Shown here: piece by piece, positions 44,663 through 54,671 of the stretch | Position numbering within the stretch: position 1 is the first letter of the stretch | Layout: every line of letters starts with the position of its first letter | From: Caldisericales bacterium | GTDB lineage: Bacteria; Caldisericota; Caldisericia; JAAYUI01 | Direction: 5' to 3' | DNA: 64,000 nt | Assembly (NCBI GenBank): GCA_012517765.1 | Contig: JAAYUI010000012.1 | Span: forward strand, 17,180 to 81,179 | Translations under genes and position numbers: made by a program | The notes under the pieces: model-generated | Databases searched by the model: none | What the model was told of the DNA's origin: nothing | What the model saw: only the letters and a program-made list of their open reading frames with translations

Positions 44663-45724
44663 CTAGTACTCCTTTGCTTTCTCGGCACCCCTCAGGACTC
44701 TGAGTCCTCCCTGAGCAAGCGCCTCCATCTCCATCTGTCCGCCATAGGCCATCACCTTGGCTATGTAGCCTGTGTATTCCCTGATTCTTGAAACAACATA
44801 TTCAGAATAGGCAATGGATCCGGTCAGAATGATTGCATCAATTTTACCCTTCAGTGAAGTTGCCATACCACCAATTTCCTGGGCTATCTGGTAGAGCATA
44901 GCTTCAAAAACAAGCTGGGTTTCCATGTCCCCATTTTTTATCTTTTCAAGTATCCCAAGCACGTCATTGGTGCCAAGGTAGGCATAAAGACCACCCTTTT
45001 TTGTGGTCATGACCTTGATGTCATTTTCTGTATATTTTCCTGTAAAACAAAGCTCCACAAGTGAGGCCAGTGGAAGCCCGCCAGAGCGCTCTGGCTGCAT
45101 TGGCCCACCCTCATTTGCATTGTTGTAGTCGGCAATCCTGCCGCCTTGTACTGGTGCAACAGAAATCCCACCACCCATGTGAACGACAATAAAGTTTGCT
45201 TTCTCAAATGGTATCCCGAGTTCAGCAGCTGCCCTTCTTGAAACTGCCCTTATGTTGAGGGCATGACCCAATGATGCCCTTTCGCACTCCGGGAAACCAG
45301 CCACCCTCACAAAATCCTCAAACTCGTCAACAGAAACTGGGTCAACGATATAAGCAGGAATGCTTCTTTCTTTTCTTATCATGTCAGCAATGATGCCACC
45401 GAGGTTTGATGGGTGGTCGGCCCTTTTTGCCTCAACAAGATCGGCGAGCATGGCTCCATTGACATTGTAGGTCCCTGCAGGAATAGGCTTGACTGGTCCA
45501 CCCCTCCCAACAACACATTCAATGCTTTCCTCGGGGACGGAGTGTCTTGAAAGAAAATCTTTTATCGCTTTGAGCCTGTACGGTGCCTGGTCTGCGGTTT
45601 TTGAAAACCTGGCGAGTTCCTCGTTGCTGTGCGTAATGTTCTCCTGCGCCACTTCTTTGTCGTCGTCGAAGACTGCCACCTTGGTTGAGGTGGAGCCTGG
45701 GTTAATGACCAGTACCCTTGCCAT
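44663..45724 (-). CDS. buk: Butyrate kinase
   Basis: 353 aa. VLVINPGSTSTKVAVF, VVHMGGGISVAPV, ERSGGLP, ILTGSIAYS. SD AAAGGAG upstream. Confidence 0.95.
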   Translation of the reverse strand: MARVLVINPGSTSTKVAVFDDDKEVAQENITHSNEELARFSKTADQAPYRLKAIKDFLSRHSVPEESIECVVGRGGPVKPIPAGTYNVNGAMLADLVEAKRADHPSNLGGIIADMIRKERSIPAYIVDPVSVDEFEDFVRVAGFPECERASLGHALNIRAVSRRAAAELGIPFEKANFIVVHMGGGISVAPVQGGRIADYNNANEGGPMQPERSGGLPLASLVELCFTGKYTENDIKVMTTKKGGLYAYLGTNDVLGILEKIKNGDMETQLVFEAMLYQIAQEIGGMATSLKGKIDAIILTGSIAYSEYVVSRIREYTGYIAKVMAYGGQMEMEALAQGGLRVLRGAEKAKEY

Positions 45725-45755
45725 AGGCTCCTTTCAGGTTGCGGTTTACCTGCTT

Positions 45756-45783
45756 ATTTTATCCTTTTTGGCCAGTCGGTCAA
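45756..45783 (-). promoter_or_regulatory. Sigma70-like promoter of the buk/DUF2268/ptb operon
   Basis: The minus strand reads TTGACC-N16-TAAAAT, ending about 31 nt upstream of the buk ATG. Confidence 0.45.
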
Positions 45784-45823
45784 TGAAGCTGGCACCCAAT
45801 AGCCGCAATAAACTTTTACTGTT

Positions 45824-46849
45824 CTATCTCAGCCCATTCTTGAGGTATTTTGCGATCTTCCGGTTGTGCTCTGTAATGGTTTCGGAGAAATCGTTGTAGC
45901 CCTTACCAGTGGCAACAAAAAAGAAATAGTTTGTCTTGGCTGGCCAGAGCGCCGCCTCAATGGCTGACAGCCCTGGATTGCACACCGGCCCAGGAGGCAA
46001 CCCGGGATATTTGTAGGTGTTGTAGGGTGAATCGACTGCAAGCTCTTTCAATGTAAGGATCACCGAAGGCTTTTCGAGAACATAGCCAACAGTCACGCAT
46101 GATTCGAGCTTCCAGCCTGCTTTCAGCCTGTTCCAGAAAACCGATGAAACGTTCTTCATTTCCTCGGCAGTTCCGGATTCCCTCTCGATTATGGAGGCCA
46201 GTGTAACAAGCTCGTGGACGCTCAGCCCAAGTTCTTTGCACCTTGCTTCAAACTTGTCGCTAAACACCTGCTCAAATTCTTTCAGCTGACGCTTTACAAG
46301 TCCTTCTGCAGACACGTCGTCAAGTAAGTATGTGTCGGGATAAAGATAACCCTCAAGCGATTTGCCTTTTATGGATTTTGAAAACTTGAACTGGAAACTG
46401 TCTTTTGAATTCAGGGCAAGCTCCCTGTATCTTTCACCATCAAAGCCGCGCAGGTAAGAGAGCAGCATCCCGATTTCCCGAGCTGTCCTGCCTTCTGGAA
46501 CAAGGACCCTTGTCGGTGGGAGCCTGCCTTCTGTCATGAGTTTTTTTATTATCTGGGGCATCGAAAGTGGTTCGCCAAAAGTGAAAACGCCAGCCTGGAG
46601 TTTTGGCCCGGCCCCTTCCCTGCGAACTTCATAAAGAAATAGCCATTCAGAGCTTATGAGCCCTTTGTCTGCAAGTACCTTGGATATCTGGGAAGGAGAG
46701 GAACCGGCCTTCACTTCAAAAGTGACCGGATACTCGGTATTGCCATATGGAGTAGCAATGGCATTTTGCATCCACAGGTAAAAACCGCCTGCGGCAAGGA
46801 CCAGAATGAGAAAGAATGCACCTGCCCACAAAAGGACTCTATTCATCAT
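45824..46849 (-). CDS. mltG: Endolytic murein transglycosylase MltG (YceG-like)
   Basis: N-terminal TM helix: MMNRVLLWAGAFFLILVLAAGGFYLW. YceG motifs: LASIIERESG, FWNRL, DSPYNTYKYPGLPPGPVCNPG. The track start at 46921 would overlap rlmN by 83 nt. Confidence 0.9.
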   Translation of the reverse strand: MMNRVLLWAGAFFLILVLAAGGFYLWMQNAIATPYGNTEYPVTFEVKAGSSPSQISKVLADKGLISSEWLFLYEVRREGAGPKLQAGVFTFGEPLSMPQIIKKLMTEGRLPPTRVLVPEGRTAREIGMLLSYLRGFDGERYRELALNSKDSFQFKFSKSIKGKSLEGYLYPDTYLLDDVSAEGLVKRQLKEFEQVFSDKFEARCKELGLSVHELVTLASIIERESGTAEEMKNVSSVFWNRLKAGWKLESCVTVGYVLEKPSVILTLKELAVDSPYNTYKYPGLPPGPVCNPGLSAIEAALWPAKTNYFFFVATGKGYNDFSETITEHNRKIAKYLKNGLR

Positions 46850-47912
46850 TGCTCCTTCTTGCGCGGAGCTGGCCACATGCAGAATCAACACCAAGCCCAA
46901 GACTTTTCCTGACAGTTGCATCTCTGCCCTGCAATCTCAATCTTTCAAGGAAAAATCTTATTCTTGCAGGATTTGATGGCCTGTAAGACGCACAGTCTGT
47001 CGGATTGTAAGGGATAAGATTTATAAGGGAAGTTATACCATCCGTGATGTCTGCCAGGGTGTCCGCACTGTCCAGCCCATCATTGACACCATCAAGCATC
47101 ACATACTCAAAGGTGATCCTGTTGCCCGTCAGCCCCTGATAAAGCTTTATTTCCTCGATAAGCTTCTGTATCTGCATTACCTTTGCGGCCTTTGGCATGA
47201 TCCTCTCCCTCAGCCTTTGAGTTGGGGCGTGCAAGGATATGGCCAGATTGACCCTGGGGAGTTCCTGTGCAAGCCTTGTTATCATACCGGGTATGCCTAC
47301 AGTTGAAATAGTCATGTGCCTCTGCGACATGCCAGCTTCATTCTGGAGCCTCAATGCGGATTCCTTGAAATTTGCCCAATTGAGCATTGGTTCTCCAACG
47401 CCCATAAAAACAACATTTCTTGGTTTGGGTCTGGCCAGTGCCACCTGGTAAAGGATTTCAGATGATTCAAGATTTCTTTCCAAGCCTGTGCTTCCCGACT
47501 GGCAGAATGTGCAGGATAATGGGCAACCAACCTGCGTTGAAACACAGATCGTCACATGCCCTGCCGTTCTCATGAGGACAGATTCAATGGCATTTCCATC
47601 CTCCAGCCTCACGAGCAATTTGACAGAACGGTCGTATGAAACTGCGGTTTTTTCAACATATGGTCCGCATGAAAAGTATTCTTTTATTGTTTTTCTCAAA
47701 TTTTCCGGCAAATCAGTCATTTTTTCAGGATCAAGTATGCTTTTTTCCCAAATCCACCTTATGACCTGGTTTGCCCTGAATGGCTTTTCCCCAAAACCCT
47801 CAAACCAACTTGATAATCCTTCCCTGGAAAGTTCAAGAATGTTCACGGACAAGATCTTACAAAGAGATTGGGGAGCTTGCAAGGATTCAACAAAAACGAA
47901 ATATGGGGGCAT
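46839..47912 (-). CDS. rlmN: 23S rRNA/tRNA adenine-C2 methyltransferase RlmN (radical SAM)
   Basis: CPLSCTFCQSG is the CxxxCxxC radical-SAM cluster. Also VVFMGVGEPMLN and ISLHAP. A possible later GTG start at 47846 (VNILELSREGL) would leave about 100 nt for the divergent promoters. Confidence 0.93.
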   Translation of the reverse strand: MPPYFVFVESLQAPQSLCKILSVNILELSREGLSSWFEGFGEKPFRANQVIRWIWEKSILDPEKMTDLPENLRKTIKEYFSCGPYVEKTAVSYDRSVKLLVRLEDGNAIESVLMRTAGHVTICVSTQVGCPLSCTFCQSGSTGLERNLESSEILYQVALARPKPRNVVFMGVGEPMLNWANFKESALRLQNEAGMSQRHMTISTVGIPGMITRLAQELPRVNLAISLHAPTQRLRERIMPKAAKVMQIQKLIEEIKLYQGLTGNRITFEYVMLDGVNDGLDSADTLADITDGITSLINLIPYNPTDCASYRPSNPARIRFFLERLRLQGRDATVRKSLGLGVDSACGQLRARRSNDE

Positions 47913-47946
47913 TTACAGAACAGGAACGTCCAAATAGAATTTAAAT

Positions 47947-48510
47947 ATGAAAAAATGCGCCTTAGATATAATTCTTGGTATTATATGCACCATGTGCCTA
48001 TTGGCGACAGGTTGCGGAACGGAAGGTGGAAAACCTTCAGAATCTACCGGGGGAACAATGAAGATATCAAGCAATGCTTTTGAAAATGGTGGAATGATTC
48101 CAAAAAAATACACCTGTGATGGGGAAAATATCAATCCACCACTTGTATTCTCAGGCTTTCCTGACAACACAAAAAGTGTTGTTCTCATCTGTGATGATCC
48201 CGATGCGCTAAATGGACGCTTCACACACTGGCTTGTCTATGATATCCATCCCCTTGCATTTTATATAAACGAGAATGAACCAAAAACAAGAATAATGACT
48301 AGCGGTTCAAGACAGGGGCAAAACGATTTTGGAGAGATAGGCTGGGGAGGACCATGCCCGCCATCAGGAACACACAGATATGTGTTCAGGCTTTATGCAT
48401 TAGACAAAATGCTCAATATTGATCTGGGAGCAAAAAGAAACGCCGTTGAAACGGCCATGCAAGGGCACATAATTGCCGAAACGGAGTTTACGGGTACCTA
48501 CGGCAGATAA
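47947..48510 (+). CDS. YbhB/YbcL-family PEBP (Raf-kinase-inhibitor-like) lipoprotein
   Basis: 187 aa. Lipobox CLLATGCG. PEBP motifs: VLICDDPDA, FTHWLVYDI, GWGGPCPPSGTHRYVFRLYALD. Confidence 0.9.
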   Translation: MKKCALDIILGIICTMCLLATGCGTEGGKPSESTGGTMKISSNAFENGGMIPKKYTCDGENINPPLVFSGFPDNTKSVVLICDDPDALNGRFTHWLVYDIHPLAFYINENEPKTRIMTSGSRQGQNDFGEIGWGGPCPPSGTHRYVFRLYALDKMLNIDLGAKRNAVETAMQGHIIAETEFTGTYGR

Positions 48511-48516
48511 ATCCCT

Positions 48517-48975
48517 CTAATCGGTATCCATCTCTGTTATTCTTTGCGAAAAAGTTTCCATATATCTCATAAGAATGAGCTGGGCTTCAATGGCGTCCTT
48601 GTTTCCTCTCATCTGCTTGTCGGTTTTGCCCATCTCGTGGCCAAGTTTTCGCGCCTCGATTGAAGTAAGGCTTTCATTTACAAGGGCAATATCAATGCCA
48701 AGCGCCTCTTTAAGTTTGCTGGCAAAACCTCTTACAAACTTTGCCCATTCCGATTCAACCTCGCTTGCCGGATAGCCAACAACAAGCAGGTTGGCATTTT
48801 TTTCCAGAACAACTTTTCTTATGGCTTCAATGTCTGAAGGGAGATCACTTCGTTTGATTGATGGCAGGGGGAAAGAAAACAGGCCATCAGGAGAATACGC
48901 AACACCAATATTTTTTGTTCCAAGATCAAGCGCAACTATCGACACTAGATGACCCTGAGGCAATGGAGCGGACAT
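48517..48975 (-). CDS. ruvX: Putative pre-16S rRNA nuclease / Holliday junction resolvase-like RuvX (YqgF)
   Basis: IVALDLGTKNIGVA and LLVVGYP are YqgF motifs. The start is ambiguous. ATG 48975 overlaps the upstream gene by 31 nt. GTG 48945 forms a TAGTG junction and gives the canonical short N-terminus. Confidence 0.88.
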   Translation of the reverse strand: MSAPLPQGHLVSIVALDLGTKNIGVAYSPDGLFSFPLPSIKRSDLPSDIEAIRKVVLEKNANLLVVGYPASEVESEWAKFVRGFASKLKEALGIDIALVNESLTSIEARKLGHEMGKTDKQMRGNKDAIEAQLILMRYMETFSQRITEMDTD

Positions 48976-49880
48976 TGTCCGGTGCAGTAAGTGCAGACAA
49001 CACACTTGTCATGGTCAATGACCGCCTTGTTTTCAGAGACGGTTATGGCTTCTTGGGGACAAAATCTGACGCAAGTTCCACAACCGATGCACCAGAACGA
49101 AACAAGCATCTTTCTTGGAACTGCCTTGAGTGGAGGAGGATCTTTGCCCTCAAAAAGTTCAATGTTCCAATCCACTTCGCTTGGGTGTTTCATCCCTATT
49201 GCAACAGAGTGCGCATACGGGAAATCAATACAATATTTTATCGCTCTTTTTGCGTCATGGAGTAGCTTGCCACCAGCCAGGGCCTTCATCAAATACGTTC
49301 CTTTGCCTGCCTTGTGGTTCCACTCAAGCTCTTTTTCCATGTCCTCTATTGATCCGTCCTTTATGCCCCATCCCTCGACATTGAACATTGAGAAAACGCA
49401 TTCCAGCTCGGGAAACTGGCGCACAAGCCTTGTTATTTCAACTGTGTGCGTTGAAACACCAACAACTCTTATGAGTCCCTTGTTTTTGTATTCAAGAAGC
49501 ACGTCAAGGGCCCCCCTGTGTCCTTTCAGTGTAAGGGCCGTTTCCTGTTCATGAATAAGGTATATCGGGATTACATCAAGTTTCATCTCCCGGAGGGACT
49601 TCTCAACAGATTCCCTCATTTTTTCAGGGGTATCGGCATATGATTTGGTTGCTATGACAGCATTGTGCCTGATACTTGGAGGAAGCATTCCAACATGGCT
49701 CTGGCTCTCGTACAACTCGGCGGTATCAAAGAAATTGATCCCTCTCTCCCACGCATAAGACATGACCATGACGGCTTCCTGAACAGACAGGTTTGCCTGG
49801 AGGGGTCCAAGGGTTAGTGTTCCAAAACACAGCCTTGAGACATCAAGACCAGTGTTTCCAAAAGGTATCTTCTCAATCAT
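48945..49880 (-). CDS. Aldo/keto reductase fused to a 2x[4Fe-4S] ferredoxin domain
   Basis: 311 aa. The AKR N-terminus reads FGNTGLDVSRLCFGTLTLG..INFFDTAELY. The C-terminus carries CIGCGTCVRFCP and CVVCTYCTGQCP. ATGA overlap with the alaS stop. Confidence 0.85.
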   Translation of the reverse strand: MIEKIPFGNTGLDVSRLCFGTLTLGPLQANLSVQEAVMVMSYAWERGINFFDTAELYESQSHVGMLPPSIRHNAVIATKSYADTPEKMRESVEKSLREMKLDVIPIYLIHEQETALTLKGHRGALDVLLEYKNKGLIRVVGVSTHTVEITRLVRQFPELECVFSMFNVEGWGIKDGSIEDMEKELEWNHKAGKGTYLMKALAGGKLLHDAKRAIKYCIDFPYAHSVAIGMKHPSEVDWNIELFEGKDPPPLKAVPRKMLVSFWCIGCGTCVRFCPQEAITVSENKAVIDHDKCVVCTYCTGQCPLHCLRVI

Positions 49881-52480
49881 TTTGCCAATATCTGGTGCAA
49901 CTCGGTTTCCAGGGTCGATGTAAGCTGGCCAAATTTCGAAGGGTCTATGCCGCCAGCCTGGCCAAGATCAGGTCTTCCGCCGCCCTTGAAACCGACTATG
50001 CTCGCCACTTTTGTTACAAGTTTGCCACAATGGAGCGTTGTTACCGGAATGCCTTTGCTTATAACACCAAGAACAAAATTGTTGCCATTCTTCGAAACAA
50101 TTGCTGCAACACCATGGTCGAAAGGTTCAAGGGCAAAATCTGCAACCATCCTGACGCCGTCCATGTCAAACCCGTCCGATCTGGCGATGATGACTTGTGT
50201 TACACCCATTTTCTTTGCCTGGGTAGCCACTTTCTCGGCTTCAGCCTTTGCCATCTGTGCAACCATTGCCCTGTTTTTCTTCTGTAGATCATTCAGGTTG
50301 TCCAGGACTTGCTCTATTTTGCCTTTTATCTGTTTTTGCCCGCATGCAAGCAACTCGCCCACGTCAAAAAGCTTTGCCTCCTGCTCCTGGACGTATAGAA
50401 GGGCCTTCATTCCAACCTTTGCTTCTATCCTTCTAAGATTGGCGCCTATGGAAGATTCCGAAACTATTTTGAAAAAATCTATCTGCCCAGTCGAAGCCAC
50501 ATGACAGCCCCCACAAAATTCCATTGAAACTTCCGGAACAGTCACAACTCTTACAATGTCGCCATATTTTTCGCCAAAAAGCGCAACCGCACCAATTTTT
50601 TTTGCCTCTGATATGGGCATTTCGGCCATGCTCAATTTTATATTTTCAAAAATCTTTTCATTAACCCATCTTTCAATCGAAAACAGATCGTCCCTTGATA
50701 CCTCTCCCATCTGGGTGAAATCAAATCTCAGCTCTTCCTCGCCAACCCAGGAACCAGCCTGTGCCGCATGCTCTCCAAGAAATTTGCGGAGTCCGGCATG
50801 CAAAAGGTGGGTCGTAGTATGGGATTTTACTATCCTTGACCTTCTATCAGCATTGACTTCCAGGGCAACAACCTGGCCAACCTTGAGCGTTCCCTTGATT
50901 ATACGGGCCTTGTGGAGCACAAGGCCTTCGACTGGGGATGTTGTATCAATTATTTCGAGCTGGCAGGTTTCAGTGGATGCCTTGCCAGTGTCACCAACCT
51001 GTCCGCCTTTTTCTGGATAAAATGGGGTCTCCTCGGCCGTGAACTGGACAGTCTGCCCTTCTGTAGCTGCATTTTCAGAACCCTGTTTTGTGAGTATTCC
51101 AAGAATTCTGGATGTGCCAGTGAAACTGTCATATCCAGTAAAATGGCACCATCCGGTTTCGTCCCTGAAGGCAATCAGCGCTGTGGCCATTTCAAATTCT
51201 TTTTGCCCAGTAAATGCCATCCTTCCACGCATTCTCTGTGCTTCAAGCTCGGCGTTGAAACCTTCAATGTCTACGTCGCTTCCCTCTTCACGAGCAATTT
51301 CCTGTGTGAGATCAAGCGGGAATCCATAGGTGTCATAAAGCTTGAATGCCACCTTGCCTGGTATTTTGCCCTTCTTGTCCTTTATCAAAGCCAGCTCATC
51401 GGAGAGCATCTGGAGCCCGATTGCAAGTGTTGACCTGAATTGTGCCTCTTCATTAGTCAATATCTTTATGACTGCTTCTTTTCTCTCATTTAGGAAAGGG
51501 TACGCCTTCGAATAATTTTCAACTACAGGCATTGCAAGTTCCCCAAGAAACGATTCTGAAATACCTATCTTTTTACCAGCAAGGGCCGCTCTTCTGATAA
51601 GCCTCTTGAGGACGTAACCTCTTCCCTCGTTTGAAGGGAAAACACCGTCAGAAACAAGAAAAACACAGGCCCTTATATGGTCTGCAATGAGATTCCTTCT
51701 CTGTATGTCGGTATTGCCAGGTGCAATTTTGGAAATTGCAGAAATTATTGGGGTAAAAAGGTCAGTTTCAAGGCTGGACCTGACACCTTGAGATACTGCA
51801 GATATCCTTTCGAGGCCAGCGCCAGTATCTATGTTTTTTGCTGGAAGTGGCTCCCTGAGTCCACCCGGCTTTGCATCGTATTGTGTGAAAACGATGTTCC
51901 ATAATTCTATAAAACGTTTGTTGTCAGAATCAAACTCTTTCCCCATAAATGGTACCGGTTCTCCGGCTTCCCAATCGTAATATATCTCCGAATCGGGACC
52001 ACAGGGGCCAACTTCACCCATCATCCAGAAGTTGTCTGACTTGTTTTGTATCCTGTCTTCCCTTACTCCAACCGACTTCCAGATTTCCCTGCTTTCATCA
52101 TCTTCAGGGTAAACCGTGACGAGGAGTTTTTCAGCTTCCAGACCTACAATTTTGGTCAGAAACTCCCATGCCCATGGGATGGCGTCCTGTTTGAAATAGT
52201 CACCAATGGAAAAATTGCCAAGCATTTCAAAAAAGGTATGGTGAAATGGAGATTTACCCACATTCTCAATGTCATTTGTTCTCAGGCACCTCTGGCAACT
52301 GGCCAGTCTTCTGGAGATTGGCTTGCGCTCCCCGGTAAAATAAGGCTTAAGTGGCACCATGCCTGCAAGGGTAAACATGACCGTCGGGTCTGACGGAATT
52401 AGCGAGGCACCTTCGAGCCTGTAATGGCCCCTTTCAGCAAAAAAGGAGAGAAAACTCTCCCTGATATCTTCTGATTTCAT
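49877..52480 (-). CDS. alaS: Alanine--tRNA ligase
   Basis: 867 aa. Class II core: FFAERGH, FTLAGMVPLKPYF, FEMLGNFSIGDYFK. Editing domain: HTTTHLLH..CGGCHV. The C-terminus is DHHA1-like. Confidence 0.97.
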   Translation of the reverse strand: MKSEDIRESFLSFFAERGHYRLEGASLIPSDPTVMFTLAGMVPLKPYFTGERKPISRRLASCQRCLRTNDIENVGKSPFHHTFFEMLGNFSIGDYFKQDAIPWAWEFLTKIVGLEAEKLLVTVYPEDDESREIWKSVGVREDRIQNKSDNFWMMGEVGPCGPDSEIYYDWEAGEPVPFMGKEFDSDNKRFIELWNIVFTQYDAKPGGLREPLPAKNIDTGAGLERISAVSQGVRSSLETDLFTPIISAISKIAPGNTDIQRRNLIADHIRACVFLVSDGVFPSNEGRGYVLKRLIRRAALAGKKIGISESFLGELAMPVVENYSKAYPFLNERKEAVIKILTNEEAQFRSTLAIGLQMLSDELALIKDKKGKIPGKVAFKLYDTYGFPLDLTQEIAREEGSDVDIEGFNAELEAQRMRGRMAFTGQKEFEMATALIAFRDETGWCHFTGYDSFTGTSRILGILTKQGSENAATEGQTVQFTAEETPFYPEKGGQVGDTGKASTETCQLEIIDTTSPVEGLVLHKARIIKGTLKVGQVVALEVNADRRSRIVKSHTTTHLLHAGLRKFLGEHAAQAGSWVGEEELRFDFTQMGEVSRDDLFSIERWVNEKIFENIKLSMAEMPISEAKKIGAVALFGEKYGDIVRVVTVPEVSMEFCGGCHVASTGQIDFFKIVSESSIGANLRRIEAKVGMKALLYVQEQEAKLFDVGELLACGQKQIKGKIEQVLDNLNDLQKKNRAMVAQMAKAEAEKVATQAKKMGVTQVIIARSDGFDMDGVRMVADFALEPFDHGVAAIVSKNGNNFVLGVISKGIPVTTLHCGKLVTKVASIVGFKGGGRPDLGQAGGIDPSKFGQLTSTLETELHQILAK

Positions 52481-52498
52481 TGTCGCAATCGCTCTGGA

Positions 52499-52933
52499 TT
52501 AGTCTATGTCGTCAAGTGCCCCTGACCTAGAGCCCTCCTCCCAATTCCTCAAGCGCTCTGATGCAACGGCAACATTGGAAGTGGCAAATAAAAAGACATT
52601 TTTGCCAATCTTCTCGACAACGCCATCCAGAGCGTAGCAGGCCCCGGAGACAAAATCAATAAAGCGCCTTGCAATTTCCTTATCGGTGTCCTCAAAATTG
52701 GCCATGATGGGTTTACCATGTTTGAGCGAATCAACTGCTTTTCTGGCCTCGTCAAAAGAAGACGGAGTTATGACAACCACCGTCAATTTCTTGAGGACGC
52801 TTGCAAGCTGGGATGCCTGGGGAGATTTCTTTGGCAAGGGGTCTGTTGCCGGGATTGCTGCCTCAAGTATCGGCTCATCTTCTTCATCTTCTGACAACCC
52901 GAGTATGTTTTTAAACCAATCGCCAATGCCCAT
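52499..52933 (-). CDS. sepF: Cell division protein SepF
   Basis: 144 aa. The N-terminal amphipathic MGIGDWFKNILGL is membrane-targeting-helix-like. Conserved core: VVVITPSSFDEARKAVDSLKHGKPIMANFEDTDKEIARRFIDFVSGACYALDG. Confidence 0.9.
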   Translation of the reverse strand: MGIGDWFKNILGLSEDEEDEPILEAAIPATDPLPKKSPQASQLASVLKKLTVVVITPSSFDEARKAVDSLKHGKPIMANFEDTDKEIARRFIDFVSGACYALDGVVEKIGKNVFLFATSNVAVASERLRNWEEGSRSGALDDID

Positions 52934-53601
52934 TATTCACCTCCGAACAGCGCCCTGCCAAGCCTTATCATGGTTGACCCATGCTTTACTGCCAGCTCGT
53001 AATCGTCACTCATGCCATATGAGCGCTCGATCTTCGCTGACAGCCTGTCTTCCAGTTTTCTGGCCAGACCATCCGCCTTATCAAAAATATGTTCCCTGAA
53101 AACGTCCGGCGCGTCAACAGGGGTCATCGTAAAGACGCCGGAGAGAACCAAAGATTTACAGTTATTTATAATGAAATCACAAAGCTGGTCAAATTCCTGG
53201 AGAAAACAGCCTGACTTCTGCCTTTCTCCGGATATGTTCACTTCCACCATGATGGGTAGCGGTCTCAAGGTTACCTTATTGAGATTTTGGGCAAGCCTTG
53301 TCGAGTCTACTGTATCTATAGTGTCAAAAATTGCGCACGCTTTCGCGGCCTTGTTAGTCTGTAAATGGCCGATCATGTGCAATGAAAAATCCCGCCTTAG
53401 CGGGTGATTCTCCCACCTCATGGCAGTTTGGAGCCTGTTCTCGCCAATTATCGCCAAACCCTCGTCAAACAGCATGTTCACCCTGTCGATGGTCGTATAC
53501 TTGACTGCGGCAAGTATTTTAATGGAAAAAGGGTCCCGGTCGGCCAAAATTGCTGCCTGCCTGACCCTGTCCTTTATGGATTCGTAGTTTTCCGAGAGCA
53601 C
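52933..53601 (-). CDS. yggS: YggS-family pyridoxal-phosphate homeostasis protein
   Basis: 222 aa. GTG start in a TAGTG junction with the ftsZ stop. ILAAVKYTT carries the PLP lysine. Also IGENRLQ and HMIGHLQTNKA. Confidence 0.92.
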   Translation of the reverse strand: MLSENYESIKDRVRQAAILADRDPFSIKILAAVKYTTIDRVNMLFDEGLAIIGENRLQTAMRWENHPLRRDFSLHMIGHLQTNKAAKACAIFDTIDTVDSTRLAQNLNKVTLRPLPIMVEVNISGERQKSGCFLQEFDQLCDFIINNCKSLVLSGVFTMTPVDAPDVFREHIFDKADGLARKLEDRLSAKIERSYGMSDDYELAVKHGSTMIRLGRALFGGE

Positions 53602-54671
53602 TATTGTTGTTTTTTGCGCAAAAATGGTGGTATGTCAAGTTCTCTTTTGTTGCTAACAAGATTTTTGAGGTCACCCTCTTTTATTGTTGGTGTCTTGATG
53701 GTCAGGTTCTGCGGTTGCGTGGAGAACCCTGTAGCAATAACAATGACTTTCAGCTGGTCGTCCATCTTCGGGTCGATGACGGCACCCCAGACAATGTTGG
53801 CCTTTGAATCAATATTTTTGGTTATATATCGCGCTACATCATTTGCTTCCGAGATCTTGAAATCTTTCCCGCCTATAGTGTTGCAAAGCAGGCCTTTTGC
53901 CCCCTCCAGCGAGTGGTCGAGCAATGGCGAGCTGATGGCCATTCTGGCCGCTTCCTCGGCCCTGTTTTCACCCTTGGCCGTGCCAATACCCATCCAGGCA
54001 GTGCCAGCATCCTTCATGATTGTGCGGACATCAGCAAAATCTACATTTACGAGGCCGGGTACCGTTATGATAGTTGTTATGCCTTCTACTGCCTGGCGGA
54101 GCACCTCATCGACCATCAAAAATGCTTCTGTAAGGCTTGTATTCCGGTCAGCCGCATCAAAAAGCCTGTCATTGTTGATACATATCATCGCATCGACCTT
54201 GTCCTTGAGCTTTTCAATCCCATTCTCCGCAACAGTCATGCGTCTGTCACCTTCAAAGCTGAAGGGCTTTGTGACAATGGCGATCGTGAGCGCACCAAGG
54301 TCCCTGGCAATCTGTGCCACTACGGGTATAGCACCCGTACCAGTGCCTCCCCCCATGCCTGCGGTTACAAATATGAGGTGGGCCCCGGAAAGCATTTCAG
54401 CAATTATATCTTTGCTCTCCTCTGCAGATTTTTCCCCTAGATCGGGGATGCTGCCGGCCCCAAGACCTCTCGTGACCTTTGGGCCAATTTGTATTTTTGA
54501 TGGTGCCTGTGACATTCTGAGGGTTTGGGTGTCGGTGTTTATGGAAATAAATTCAACTCCTTCGAGACCACATTCAATCATCCTGTTGACTGCGTTGTTG
54601 CCTCCACCGCCGATTCCAACTACCTTTATGAGGGCGTTTGAGCCTTCCCAAACATCAAATGCGTTTGACAT
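53601..54671 (-). CDS. ftsZ: Cell division GTPase FtsZ
   Basis: 356 aa. IKVVGIGGGGNNAVNRM. Tubulin signature: GMGGGTGTGA. The C-terminal peptide DIPPFLRKKQ matches the conserved FtsZ tail that binds membrane anchors. Confidence 0.98.
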   Translation of the reverse strand: MSNAFDVWEGSNALIKVVGIGGGGNNAVNRMIECGLEGVEFISINTDTQTLRMSQAPSKIQIGPKVTRGLGAGSIPDLGEKSAEESKDIIAEMLSGAHLIFVTAGMGGGTGTGAIPVVAQIARDLGALTIAIVTKPFSFEGDRRMTVAENGIEKLKDKVDAMICINNDRLFDAADRNTSLTEAFLMVDEVLRQAVEGITTIITVPGLVNVDFADVRTIMKDAGTAWMGIGTAKGENRAEEAARMAISSPLLDHSLEGAKGLLCNTIGGKDFKISEANDVARYITKNIDSKANIVWGAVIDPKMDDQLKVIVIATGFSTQPQNLTIKTPTIKEGDLKNLVSNKRELDIPPFLRKKQQ

